Below are positions 49,354-59,319 of a stretch of 64,000 nucleotides of DNA, piece by piece (positions within the stretch are counted from its first letter, which is position 1; each line of letters begins with the position of its first letter). The notes below the pieces were generated by a model. That model saw only the letters and a program-made list of their open reading frames with translations. It did not search any database and was not told where the DNA came from. The translations under genes were made by a program, and so were the position numbers. Source of the stretch: Candidatus Bathyarchaeota archaeon (GTDB lineage: Archaea; Thermoproteota; CALKCG01; B24); contig JAGTQM010000004.1 in assembly GCA_018396755.1 (NCBI GenBank), positions 17,099 to 81,098 of the forward strand. The letters are read 5' to 3'.

Positions 49354-50733
49354 GTGTTAATTAAATTGGAGAGTATGATATGGCGGGTTTTGAACGAGAT
49401 CCCCGATTTCAAGGAGTTTATGAATGTTGATGAGCTCAACGCGAGCGCCAGAGAACTAGCGTCTAAACATCCAGATAGAGTTTCCATGTTTAAGATAGGT
49501 GAGGCAAGGAATGGAGAACCAATCAATTGCCTTAAAATAGGTTCTGGGGAATTGACGGCTTTGCTCTTCGCTTTTCCACATCCCAACGAGCCGATTGGAA
49601 GTATGACATTGGAATATCTTTCTTGGAGGCTGTCTGTAGATGACACCTTTAGAAGTAAGATGAATACAACATGGTATATCATAAAGTGCGTAGATCCTTT
49701 TGGAGCTAGATTAAACGAGGGTTGGTTTAAAGGAGATTGGTCTCTGAGAAAATATGCTCTAAACTACTACAGGCCTCCAGGATATAAGCAGATTGAATGG
49801 GCTTTTCCAGTAGAGTATAAAACGTTGAAGTTTGATAAGCCTATTCCTGAGACCCAGGCTTTAATGAATTTGATCAACGAAATCAAACCCGACTATGTGA
49901 GTTCCCTTCATAACGCTGGTTTCTGTGGAGCTTACTTCTATCTTTCAGATCCAATTCCAGATGTGTATGATAAACTCCACGTGGTTACATCTAAGTTTGA
50001 TATCCCGCTTCACCTAGGTGAGCCTGAAGTACCCTATGCGAATAAGTTTGCCGACGCCATCTTCAAGATGCCAACAGTAGTTGAGGAGTACGAGTATTTA
50101 GCTGAGCATCTTAAGAAGGATCCATCTGAAGTGATAAGAAGCGGTGCTAGTAGCGATGAATACGTGAAAAGGATCAATAAAAATGCTTTAACGGTCGTAT
50201 GCGAGGTCCCCTACATATACGACGATAGAATTGCTAATACCACTCCAGTTGGTATTAAACGTAGAGATATTCTACTTTTAGAAGCTGAAAAAACCAGGCG
50301 GCAACTTATAGAGCTTAAAAAGAGACTAGAAACTATTAAATATTGTGTTGACGAATCATCTCCATTCTATGAAGCTTTATCGGAGTTTATAAGGATAGGT
50401 CTTGAATCTGTAAAGGCTAGGAAGAACTGGGCGAAGAAAGATCCATCTACCACCCGTCAGGCTACAGTTTCAGAATTATTCGATAGTATGGTTGCTAGGA
50501 TCTACTTTTACGGAATGCTTAGACTCGGTCTATTCTATAGACTAACCTGCGAAAAACCCGAAGAACCAATCCTCAAGGAGCACTGCAAGTGGAGTTTAAA
50601 GAAGATAGAACTTATGTGTAAAGAGTTTATGGATATGTCGAATTACATAGTGATACCCGTTAGAAACTTAGTGGGTGTTCAATTGGGGTCGATACTTTAT
50701 ACGTTAATGGCTAAATCGTCAATTTCCAACTAG
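49354..50733 (+). CDS. M14 zinc carboxypeptidase-like protein
   Basis: HPNEPIG, CVDP, SLHNAGF. Confidence 0.8.
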   Translation: MLIKLESMIWRVLNEIPDFKEFMNVDELNASARELASKHPDRVSMFKIGEARNGEPINCLKIGSGELTALLFAFPHPNEPIGSMTLEYLSWRLSVDDTFRSKMNTTWYIIKCVDPFGARLNEGWFKGDWSLRKYALNYYRPPGYKQIEWAFPVEYKTLKFDKPIPETQALMNLINEIKPDYVSSLHNAGFCGAYFYLSDPIPDVYDKLHVVTSKFDIPLHLGEPEVPYANKFADAIFKMPTVVEEYEYLAEHLKKDPSEVIRSGASSDEYVKRINKNALTVVCEVPYIYDDRIANTTPVGIKRRDILLLEAEKTRRQLIELKKRLETIKYCVDESSPFYEALSEFIRIGLESVKARKNWAKKDPSTTRQATVSELFDSMVARIYFYGMLRLGLFYRLTCEKPEEPILKEHCKWSLKKIELMCKEFMDMSNYIVIPVRNLVGVQLGSILYTLMAKSSISN

Positions 50734-50735
50734 CA

Positions 50736-52685
50736 TCAGACTTCAATTTTAAACGCGTCCTCTGCGGCTAATGCGTCGTATACTCTGATGGTAAAATCGA
50801 AAAGCCTCCTCGTATCGTCAACGCTTAATTCAGCACGGGAGCTATTAACTGGCCTTTTAATTCGCGCCTCCCTGGGTGCTATAAGGGCGGCAACTTCAGG
50901 TACGTCTGCGTAGAGTAGTATTCTAGGTGGATATAAGCTTGGGGGTTGAACTAGAGTCTTCTCCACTTTGTAAGATGCTAAGAGTCCCTCGACCTCCACT
51001 TCATCTATTCTGCTGTCTAAAGCCGTTGCAAACAATGCTATTAACCCGGCTTCCGAGAAACCGTGAATTACGAGCTTCTTACGTAGAAATCCCCTGAATG
51101 CTAAATAGTCTACTGTTCTCAAGACGTCAAAAACTCTCATTCCAAGTATGTGTCTTCCTAAGACTAAACTATTCTTAGCAGATATGCTTTCGTCGTAATC
51201 GGTTTCTCCAATGCCTCTGTAGTCGATTAGGATAGCAAGCCTCTTGTTTTCAGCAGTCTCCCTAACCCTTCTATCGGCAAATATTGAGGATTTACCTGAA
51301 GGCGTCAGGAAAATATGTGCTTCTTCAAACCCATCTACCTCTCTTAGGAGAATAGCAGGAATTATTATATCCCATTCGCTTCTGAAGCTTACGTATTCTA
51401 CTATTACATGATCTAAGCATTCAACTCTGTAGGTCCTAGCGTCTAAATCCACTCTCTCTGGGAAACCCCCAAAAACATCCTCAATTATGTGTTTCTTAAG
51501 CTCTTCTCTACGTTTAAGGTATTCATCCGGGTTTAATTTTGCAAACCTATCTAAGGAATTATACCTTGCATTGTAAATTGAAAAGATTGTTTCACCCCTC
51601 TCTGGAATACCGTCATGGAAGCACTTAAGCACGTCTGAATCAAACGGTTCGACTACTATTTCAGGCTCACGACCGTCTCTTTCAACTCCCATGAGCCACC
51701 TATCAAACCAGCGGTATACCGCTTCTCTCATCTCTCTATTGTATCCGTGCGGCGCATAACTTTCATACATGGCTATTTTATCTCCGTACCCCATGAGTTC
51801 ATATATGTATTTTACACGTGAGAAGGCTTTTCTAGCCGACGTTATTGGAAAAGTTTCGTCCAATATACTACTGACAATCAGAAGTGGGCGTGGAGCTATA
51901 CATGCCAATACATCAGATACATTGGCAAATTTAAGCATACTGGGAATACATTCGCAGAAGCATCTACCGGATGCAACTTGATCTTCAAAAACTTCAGCTG
52001 AACATACTGGAGCTGCAGCCTTCACTCTATCATCTAATGCTGCTAAATACATGGTTTGATTCCCACCACCAGAGGCGCCAGTTACACCTATACGTTCTGG
52101 ATCAACCTCCATTCTAGATTGAAGGTAGTCTATAGCACACATATTGTCGAAAGCTTCAATGGCTTGTAAGGTTAAACCTACAGCGGGTAGTATGTAACCT
52201 TCCCAGTGGCCCTGATACCTTCTTTCACCATAACCTACTTTATCTACAGCTAAAGACACGTAGCCTCTTAAGGCGAAACCTATGCAGGTAGCCTGCACAG
52301 CATCTTGATGTTTAGCATGACGCCAATGACCGTGTACTCTGAGAACGGCTGGCACCGGTTTTTCAAGCTTCGAAGGTATGTATAGGTTGGCTGAAACGTA
52401 CAAACCCGGGATTGTCTCGAGAATCACCTTCTCTAAAACGTAGCCTTTCCTCTCAACTCTACCGACTAGATTAGCCTTAACGTTTCTCTCAGGTAAAATA
52501 TCCATTCCCATAGCTTTTCTCAACATCGTTAAAATGCTGGCTCTTCTCTCAAGCCAGCTTGGACAATCTCTAGGTTTATCCCGGCTTCTTTCAAGCTCGT
52601 CGCAAAGTCTTGCAAAATGCTCTCTAAGCATAGAACCATACCCCATGTAGAAAACGTTTAAATCGCTCCACACTTCTCTACTCAA
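50736..52685 (-). CDS. Two-domain acetylxylan-esterase-like alpha/beta hydrolase
   Basis: HGHW, RIGVTGASGGGNQT, IAPRPLL, PHGY; second, degenerate hydrolase domain. Confidence 0.75.
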   Translation of the reverse strand: MSREVWSDLNVFYMGYGSMLREHFARLCDELERSRDKPRDCPSWLERRASILTMLRKAMGMDILPERNVKANLVGRVERKGYVLEKVILETIPGLYVSANLYIPSKLEKPVPAVLRVHGHWRHAKHQDAVQATCIGFALRGYVSLAVDKVGYGERRYQGHWEGYILPAVGLTLQAIEAFDNMCAIDYLQSRMEVDPERIGVTGASGGGNQTMYLAALDDRVKAAAPVCSAEVFEDQVASGRCFCECIPSMLKFANVSDVLACIAPRPLLIVSSILDETFPITSARKAFSRVKYIYELMGYGDKIAMYESYAPHGYNREMREAVYRWFDRWLMGVERDGREPEIVVEPFDSDVLKCFHDGIPERGETIFSIYNARYNSLDRFAKLNPDEYLKRREELKKHIIEDVFGGFPERVDLDARTYRVECLDHVIVEYVSFRSEWDIIIPAILLREVDGFEEAHIFLTPSGKSSIFADRRVRETAENKRLAILIDYRGIGETDYDESISAKNSLVLGRHILGMRVFDVLRTVDYLAFRGFLRKKLVIHGFSEAGLIALFATALDSRIDEVEVEGLLASYKVEKTLVQPPSLYPPRILLYADVPEVAALIAPREARIKRPVNSSRAELSVDDTRRLFDFTIRVYDALAAEDAFKIEV

Positions 52686-52761
52686 CGCCTACACCTTTCT
52701 ATTCTCTTTGTTAGAAAGACTTATAATGTTTTAAATTGAAAAGGGAATTTGAGGCGGGAAA

Positions 52762-54765
52762 ATGGTTGAGACAAGTCAAGAGCGAATGCCTTGGATTCTC
52801 GTGATAATCCTAACAATTCTGCTGGGCTCTATTGGAACGTTCTGGATATCAACTCTTCCAGGAAGTTTAATTTCAGCATACGATCTTGGAATAGTCGTCT
52901 GCGGTATGGAGTTAACATCGGCGCCATTCATACTGGCACTAATTACTGGCATAGGTAGATTCTTTAAAGGATTTAAAGCAAAAATAAATTCCACTCTTTT
53001 AACCTATGTATACACTGTAGCGATAGTGAGCTCCTACTTCATCTCAACCCACTGGCCGTGGAATATTCCTCTACGCTTTTGGTTGGATAGATTCATGTAC
53101 GCTGAGGATTCGCAGGCATTTGTTCCAGTATTTATGGCACCTCCAGCTGAAATAACTCGGCAATTAACATTTGGAAAAGTGCCATTTCCATTGATGGAGT
53201 GGCTTCCATCTATATTATATTGGTGGCTTTGTCAAGTGCTATTCGGTCTATTCATGTTATCGATCGCTAACATACTGCGTAGACGATATATAGACATTGA
53301 GAAAGTACCGTTTCCACACGCTATGGCCACGTATGAATCTATCAGACAGATCTCTACAGATATGAAAGTCCCTGAAAGAATCGTTAGATTCTTCCTAGTA
53401 GGTTTGATAGTCGGTATTGGTCTTCAATTGCCCATATATCTGCAAGCGGCTTTTCCGTGGTTTCCAGACATCTTCTCTTGGCGCGTTAACACGTGTCCAT
53501 CTGGGCAACAGTACGTAGGTTGGGGTGAAACAGTGCTGGGCTTAGTATCTTTAACCGCTTGGAATAAACAACCGTTGGCATACGCTATAGCTTATATGAT
53601 GCCTCTATCCGTTCTATTCAACGGTTGGTTCTGGTACGTCGTCCTCCTCTTATTGACACAAGTAGCCTATACCGTTGGATACTATACTGGCATACAAAAT
53701 ATAGGCGGATGTGGTAGAGCATGGTGTCACCCATCACCGTTAAACGACCCACCATTCAAATTCCACGTCATGACTTTTGTTGGAGGAAACCTTGGGATAG
53801 CTGTTTTATACCTCTACCTCAGTAGAAGTTATATAATTGAAACGCTTAGAACAGCCTTCAGCTCAAGAAGCAGCTCTCTTAAAGAAGTTGAATCTACAGA
53901 GCCTACGTCGTATAAAACGTCATGGCTGATGTTTTTAACATCTCTAATACTCTGTATAGCCTTCTTACTGGTAACAGGATTAAGTATACTATCGACTCTA
54001 ATATTCATGTTTACAATCTTCATATTCTGGATAGCCTTCTCCAGAGTCTTCGGTCTAGCTGGTCTACACACTAGAAGCGACAGCTACGGTATGGTCTTTT
54101 GGAAACCCATATGGCCCGTAGTTCCAGAAACTAGGTCAAAAGACTTTGTTCTCTCAGTATGCTTAATAAGAACGATGGGTATCGATACGCCGTCATATGG
54201 ATGGGGTGGAACCCTTTTCGGGGCTTTCTGTAGTTACAGGATCGCCAGTTTGACAGGTGTTAGCAGTAAGAACGTATTCAAAACATTAATTGTTGCTATA
54301 ACGTTGTTGCCAATCGTGACACTATCTACGGTTCTTGCCATGAGTTACGGTGTTGGTCTTAGCAAGTTTACTACGTACAACTGGGGTTACGGTGACGGAA
54401 TAATTCACCATCTGGCTAGTGAGTGGTATTACAATGAGCAACCTGCAGCTGGATCAATGTTTGAGTATATCTTAGTAGGATTTATAATAGCAGGAGTTCT
54501 CTCAGCGCTTCACGCAAGATTCATATGGTTTCCGTTTGAGCCTATAGGCTGGATCGTAGGCTGGAGCTATCTATCAATCCTATGGGGGTTCTGGCTTCCG
54601 TTCTTAGCGGCTTGGATTCTAAAGTTCATAACCCTAAGAATAGGTGGAAGTAAAGGATATGAAGAAGTTGGTCTACCATTCTTCGGTGGGGTTGCCGCTG
54701 GATGTATGTTAGCAATATTCATAGGAGGGTTAATGAGCATTATAAGGTTTTTCATACCATTTTAA
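52762..54765 (+). CDS. Multi-TM OPT-like (DUF6785/DUF6784-type) putative transporter, paralogue 2
   Basis: RRRYIDIEKVPFP, FPWFPD, GYYTG..CGRAWC..DPP, DTPSYGWGG, RFIWFPFEPIG; ends RFFIPF like paralogue 1. Confidence 0.7.
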   Translation: MVETSQERMPWILVIILTILLGSIGTFWISTLPGSLISAYDLGIVVCGMELTSAPFILALITGIGRFFKGFKAKINSTLLTYVYTVAIVSSYFISTHWPWNIPLRFWLDRFMYAEDSQAFVPVFMAPPAEITRQLTFGKVPFPLMEWLPSILYWWLCQVLFGLFMLSIANILRRRYIDIEKVPFPHAMATYESIRQISTDMKVPERIVRFFLVGLIVGIGLQLPIYLQAAFPWFPDIFSWRVNTCPSGQQYVGWGETVLGLVSLTAWNKQPLAYAIAYMMPLSVLFNGWFWYVVLLLLTQVAYTVGYYTGIQNIGGCGRAWCHPSPLNDPPFKFHVMTFVGGNLGIAVLYLYLSRSYIIETLRTAFSSRSSSLKEVESTEPTSYKTSWLMFLTSLILCIAFLLVTGLSILSTLIFMFTIFIFWIAFSRVFGLAGLHTRSDSYGMVFWKPIWPVVPETRSKDFVLSVCLIRTMGIDTPSYGWGGTLFGAFCSYRIASLTGVSSKNVFKTLIVAITLLPIVTLSTVLAMSYGVGLSKFTTYNWGYGDGIIHHLASEWYYNEQPAAGSMFEYILVGFIIAGVLSALHARFIWFPFEPIGWIVGWSYLSILWGFWLPFLAAWILKFITLRIGGSKGYEEVGLPFFGGVAAGCMLAIFIGGLMSIIRFFIPF

Positions 54766-54821
54766 ACCCCTATATTTTTTATAAGTAGAAAATGCATTAA
54801 ATAGATTCGGGATTTTCCACT

Positions 54822-55646
54822 ATGAATGTTGGTAAAAGGTTAAGGTTTAGGAGGTTATTCACCCATAGGAGAAGCGTGATAGTCGCAATAGACCACGGAT
54901 CTTACTGGGGTTATATAGCTGGTCTTGAGAATCCGAATCGCGTAGTTGAGAAGTTGAGTGAAACTTGTGCTGACGCTATAGCTGCAACGCCTTTTACGTT
55001 GAAAAGAGTATGCGATTCTATAGGGAATCTAGCAGCCGTAGCTAGAATCGATAGTAGTGTTACCGTTTACGATGATATGGAGAACGATATGCCGATTACA
55101 ACGGTAGAGCATTTAGTAGCTATGGGGGTTGATGCCGCTATGACTATGTGCTATTTTGGAGGGGCAAAGTCGTCTGAGCAACAGAGGAAGTTAGGTATGC
55201 TTGCAACGGAATGTGAAAAACTTGGTCTACCGCTAATAGTTGAAGCTCTCCCAGCTAAACTAATTGATTACCACTTCAGCAGAGAAAAAGCCCGTGGAAA
55301 AGCTTTAACAGACTTCATAACTATTGAAGATTTACTTGTTGTAAGTAGAGTTAGTGCAGAACTTGGAGCAGATGCTATTAAAACATACTATCTAGGATCT
55401 ATAGAAGAGTATAAAAAGGTCGTTGAAAATGCCAATATACCCATATTAGTCCTTGGAGGACCTAAAGTCAAAACCTTCGAAGAATACTTAGAGCTGGTTA
55501 AAAACGCTATGGATGCTGGAGCTAAAGGAGTTGTAGTGGGTAGAAACGTATGGCAAAGGGAAGACATTAAAAGCACTATGAAGGTAATATGTGCAATAGT
55601 ACATGAGGGTAAAGATGTTGAGTATGCTCGAAGATTTCTAAAGTAA
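54822..55646 (+). CDS. DhnA/LsrF-type class I aldolase/thiolase
   Basis: AIDHG, AELGADAIKTYY (Schiff-base Lys), LGGPK, GRNVWQ. Confidence 0.85.
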   Translation: MNVGKRLRFRRLFTHRRSVIVAIDHGSYWGYIAGLENPNRVVEKLSETCADAIAATPFTLKRVCDSIGNLAAVARIDSSVTVYDDMENDMPITTVEHLVAMGVDAAMTMCYFGGAKSSEQQRKLGMLATECEKLGLPLIVEALPAKLIDYHFSREKARGKALTDFITIEDLLVVSRVSAELGADAIKTYYLGSIEEYKKVVENANIPILVLGGPKVKTFEEYLELVKNAMDAGAKGVVVGRNVWQREDIKSTMKVICAIVHEGKDVEYARRFLK

Positions 55647-55678
55647 TAGCCATCTCATCCTTATTCTTTTAAGCTTTG

Positions 55679-56389
55679 CTAAAAAATCATAGCTAAAGCC
55701 CTGCAGGGACCACCATCAGAATCTTTAAACGCTATAGGAGCGTAGATAAAGTAAGCCCTCCGGTATTTCCTGCCATCAAGGACTGAGTTGAGATTCCTTA
55801 AGGACTCTATGAGTATTATACCCGCGCCGAGTAGAATGCGGTGGACTCTAGCTGGCGACCCTTCAACCGCTACTGGCCCATGCCCGGGTAGCTGCCCATC
55901 CCATCCTCCAACGCTTAACGTATCAACCCCAAGGGCTTTTATCTTTTTCTCAACCAAGTACTCGGCAGTTTCTTCGATTACATACGGCCATTCAAAAAGA
56001 TACTCTGGATTAAACCCAAACTTCTTATCCCAGCCAGTATGAAGCATTAAAACATCTCCAAGTCTGATTTCATTCTCATAGGCTTTAAGGTCATTGATGG
56101 TAATTGGCTCCCCAGCCTTCTTATACGAGAGATCTACTACTAAGCCTTCACCAGCAAAAGCATCTATTGGCAATTGGTCAGTAGACTTCCCCCCAACGAT
56201 GAAATGTAAAGGTGCGTCGATATGCGTACCGCTGTGCGTGGTCATCTGTCGAATCATATGCATAGTGTTTCCATCGCGTGCAACATTACTCAACATTTCA
56301 TATAGAAGATTCGGTTGAGTAGGCCATGAAGGCATACAGTTATACAATACCTGACTTAAATCAACTATTTTAACGGGCTTCATATGCAC
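55679..56389 (-). CDS. Cyclase family (kynurenine formamidase-like) metal hydrolase
   Basis: HSGTHIDAPLH, GVDTLS, HRILL, IESL, DGGPCRA. Confidence 0.9.
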   Translation of the reverse strand: MHMKPVKIVDLSQVLYNCMPSWPTQPNLLYEMLSNVARDGNTMHMIRQMTTHSGTHIDAPLHFIVGGKSTDQLPIDAFAGEGLVVDLSYKKAGEPITINDLKAYENEIRLGDVLMLHTGWDKKFGFNPEYLFEWPYVIEETAEYLVEKKIKALGVDTLSVGGWDGQLPGHGPVAVEGSPARVHRILLGAGIILIESLRNLNSVLDGRKYRRAYFIYAPIAFKDSDGGPCRALAMIF

Positions 56390-56594
56390 CTCTTAAATAT
56401 TCTCATTAAACCAAATTATACTTTTCCACAGACAGATGGTTTAATGAGCTGAAGACAATAAAGAGATGTTACTTGCTTTGCTAGGGCTCTAAGAAAAGCT
56501 ATAAGATGGATACCCTTTCTCTCACACCTTTACATTCAAAGTAGAATTTCCATGTATTATGAAGCTTTTGTATCAAATTGATGGAAGTTTTTAA

Positions 56595-56879
56595 ATGCCG
56601 CTCAAACATATAGGTCTACCACCATCCTCATTGGAGGAGCTTAAGTCGATAAGCAACGATTACGACTACGTTCTAGGGATAAACAATTGGCTTGTAAGAA
56701 TTAAAAAAGGCGCCTACGTCTTCGAGAGAGAATTCATTAAGAAGTATGGGAAGAACCGTATGCCCCTAGCGGAAGCCTGGATTGAAGACTTCAACTATTC
56801 AATATCTTCACCAATACTAACGGCAGATGAACTGATAGAGCTTATACGAAGCATGAGACCTATGACACGAAATACTTAG
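56595..56879 (+). CDS. Hypothetical protein, possibly a gene fragment
   Basis: 94-aa ORF with no recognisable motif. Confidence 0.35.
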   Translation: MPLKHIGLPPSSLEELKSISNDYDYVLGINNWLVRIKKGAYVFEREFIKKYGKNRMPLAEAWIEDFNYSISSPILTADELIELIRSMRPMTRNT

Positions 56880-56930
56880 AGACTTGACATAACTATTACG
56901 TTAGCTTAGTAAAATAAGCTGTTCTAATCT

Positions 56931-57587
56931 TTATGGAAGTTCCACTGTTAAGGTCTCGAGTAGATATTTCAAGCTCTCTACAATCATATCAGGACATGAA
57001 CTCTCAAGTTCTTCCCTAGATGCAACTCCGGTTAAAACGGCGACTGTGAATACGCCAGCGGCTCTACCAGCTTCAACGTCATAGACAGTATCACCTACAT
57101 ATATCGCTTCATAAGACTCTACGTCTAGCCTTTTAACGGCTTCTTTAATTATATCTGGATGCGGCTTCCCCCTCTTAACATCTTCAGCACCTATTATAAC
57201 GTCTATATAGCTGAGCAATCCAGTTAAGTCCAAGACTCTAACTATAAGCTTCCGTGGATTTGAAGAAGCCACAGCGGTCTTCAAACTGATCATCTTGAAT
57301 TCTCTAATGGCATCTGCGACTCCACTGATCGGTTTAACTAAATCTAAACAATTCTTCATAAATATCTCATCTTTAAGCTCGGCAAATTGAATAAAGTCCC
57401 CAATCCTACTGCGCGGTAGAAAGGCTTTAGCCATATCGTAACTCGACTTGCCGAATTCGGATTTTATCTTAGCTTCTGAAATATAGACGCCTAATATCTC
57501 AGCTGCTTTAGACCAAGCTTTTAAATGTGCCTCTGAAGAATCTATAAGAGTACCATCCATATCCAATACTATGGCCTTAAACCTCAA
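56931..57587 (-). CDS. HAD-family phosphatase
   Basis: DMDGTLID, ASS, KPHP, VGDTVYDV. Confidence 0.9.
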   Translation of the reverse strand: MRFKAIVLDMDGTLIDSSEAHLKAWSKAAEILGVYISEAKIKSEFGKSSYDMAKAFLPRSRIGDFIQFAELKDEIFMKNCLDLVKPISGVADAIREFKMISLKTAVASSNPRKLIVRVLDLTGLLSYIDVIIGAEDVKRGKPHPDIIKEAVKRLDVESYEAIYVGDTVYDVEAGRAAGVFTVAVLTGVASREELESSCPDMIVESLKYLLETLTVELP

Positions 57588-57654
57588 AGTTAGTATCCAA
57601 ATTATATAGACGGTTAAAGCTTATATAAAAATCCATCTGGAATTCATAGGATAA

Positions 57655-57671
57655 ATGTTCTATTAGAACAT
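57655..57671. promoter_or_regulatory. Perfect palindrome ATGTTCTA-T-TAGAACAT between divergent genes (putative operator)
   Basis: 8-bp arms with a 1-nt spacer, between two TATA-like boxes. Confidence 0.45.
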
Positions 57672-57775
57672 AATTTAAAAGCTTGTTGTTACTGGAACGT
57701 GTCTTTAAAGCATTACCAGTAGAGCTTTGGAAACATTTAAATTTTTTGTGTTTAAAAAATTAAACTTGAGGAAGC

Positions 57776-58449
57776 TTGAAGAGGAAGATCCTAATTGCAC
57801 TCTGCGTTTCAATAACCACTGTTGCTGGTCTAATAGCTTTGCTAAAATTGCAAGCGACACCTGTACAGCATACCGGGGGAGGATCTAATGAAGCTTTCAG
57901 TATACCTCCTCCCCCCCGATGAGCATGCCGTGATCGTTGAGACGGCTGAAGAGGCTTCTAAGCTTTTGAACTCCACTACCCCTGTAAGGCTTCCGATGAA
58001 CATACCGGCTAATATGAGATATGTAAAGATCCTTATTCTAAAGGGTGTAGCGGCCTACGTCTTCTACTCAGAAGAGCCTATGGCTGAAACAGACAACCCG
58101 TTCATCCTAATGTACATGCAGTTTGGGTGGAGGTTTGCAAATATAACAGGAGCCCCACCCGAGATCACTGTGTTTATAGGGGAAGCTTGACCCTGAGTCT
58201 GCCGCTATGGCTGCAAGCCTCTCAGCCTCAGAAGAGTCTGTGAGGAAGTATGCCGATGAGTATAATCTGACGATGACGATCGTAGATGGTGTACCTGTCT
58301 TCGGCTATGAGCCTGTGAAAAGCAGATTGTCCATTCAGCCTATAGGTGTGGTGCACTTCTACAAGGGTGATTTAACATACGATATCAGAACCCACCTTTC
58401 ATTCGAGGAGATAGTAGAGATTGCCAGGTCGATTATCGAGCAGTTGTAG
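57776..58449 (+). pseudogene. Membrane-anchored/secreted DUF4367-like protein broken by two homopolymer frameshifts
   Basis: TTG start gives MKRKILIALCVSITTVAGLIALL (signal anchor). Removing one C from C7 (57911-57917) and one G from G4 (58179-58182) joins it to ORFs 57888..58190 and 58207..58449 (ends LSFEEIVEIARSI). Confidence 0.7.
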
Positions 58450-59146
58450 AGTGATCATGGTAATAATAACTGTAGTAGTGGCAACCATCGTCTACCCAGT
58501 TTGGGCTGAAGGCCATTTAGGGCCTGATGGATATTACCACTTCTATGCTCGTGGATATTGGTATTTCTCTATAAACATAAACTACCAGACGCTGGGTGTG
58601 TCTGGTAGAATCACGGTCTACAATAATAAAATTAAGGGTACTGGAATATGCATATTTGAATGCGTAAACACAATGTTCTCCGACGGCTCATGGATACAGA
58701 TAGGTTATGAGAAAAATTGGGAAGGAAACATGGAGCTAAAATACTACTATGAATACTACATTGTCAGAGCGACACCTCAGCCTATACTTACTCCCTTTAA
58801 AAGCGCATCCGCTGGAGAGGTGCCAAGTTTCAATATCTATCGCTCAGGTTCCTTGAATAACGGATGGGTATGGAAGATGATTAAAGACGGTAGCCTAGTG
58901 CAACAGCTGACTTTACCATCATTCTATGCCTCTGGGAAGGCTGAAGCATTTTTCGAATCAGTAGACACTACGAAAGAGATGAGCTATAACCAGGGGACAG
59001 GCCGGTTTACGGAGCTGAAATATTACTATGGAGGAGTTTGGTCAAGTTGGGATGCTATAAAGTTTATCGTAGACTCTCCTTACCACGTTAAGCCTTTAGA
59101 CGCCAATAAATTTGAAACATGGGGAGACTACGACGCAGACCCCTAA
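58421..59146 (+). CDS. Secreted beta-rich protein, possibly glutamic-peptidase (eqolisin/neprosin) fold
   Basis: Signal peptide ...VYPVWA; Tyr/Trp/Gly-rich; SWIQIGY and AEAFFES. Confidence 0.5.
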   Translation: MPGRLSSSCRVIMVIITVVVATIVYPVWAEGHLGPDGYYHFYARGYWYFSININYQTLGVSGRITVYNNKIKGTGICIFECVNTMFSDGSWIQIGYEKNWEGNMELKYYYEYYIVRATPQPILTPFKSASAGEVPSFNIYRSGSLNNGWVWKMIKDGSLVQQLTLPSFYASGKAEAFFESVDTTKEMSYNQGTGRFTELKYYYGGVWSSWDAIKFIVDSPYHVKPLDANKFETWGDYDADP

Positions 59147-59319
59147 AGAGCCAGGATAAACGGCTTCTCTAGTCTAGATGATTTAGAAGTGAAAACTATC
59201 CCGCGCATACTAGAACTAGCTAATCTTATGTTGAAGCTTTTCGTGAACAACTTGTGAAATTACTTTCACATTCGTTTTAAAGACCAGTATTTTTACCAAG
59301 AAACCTTTGTTAATTAAAA

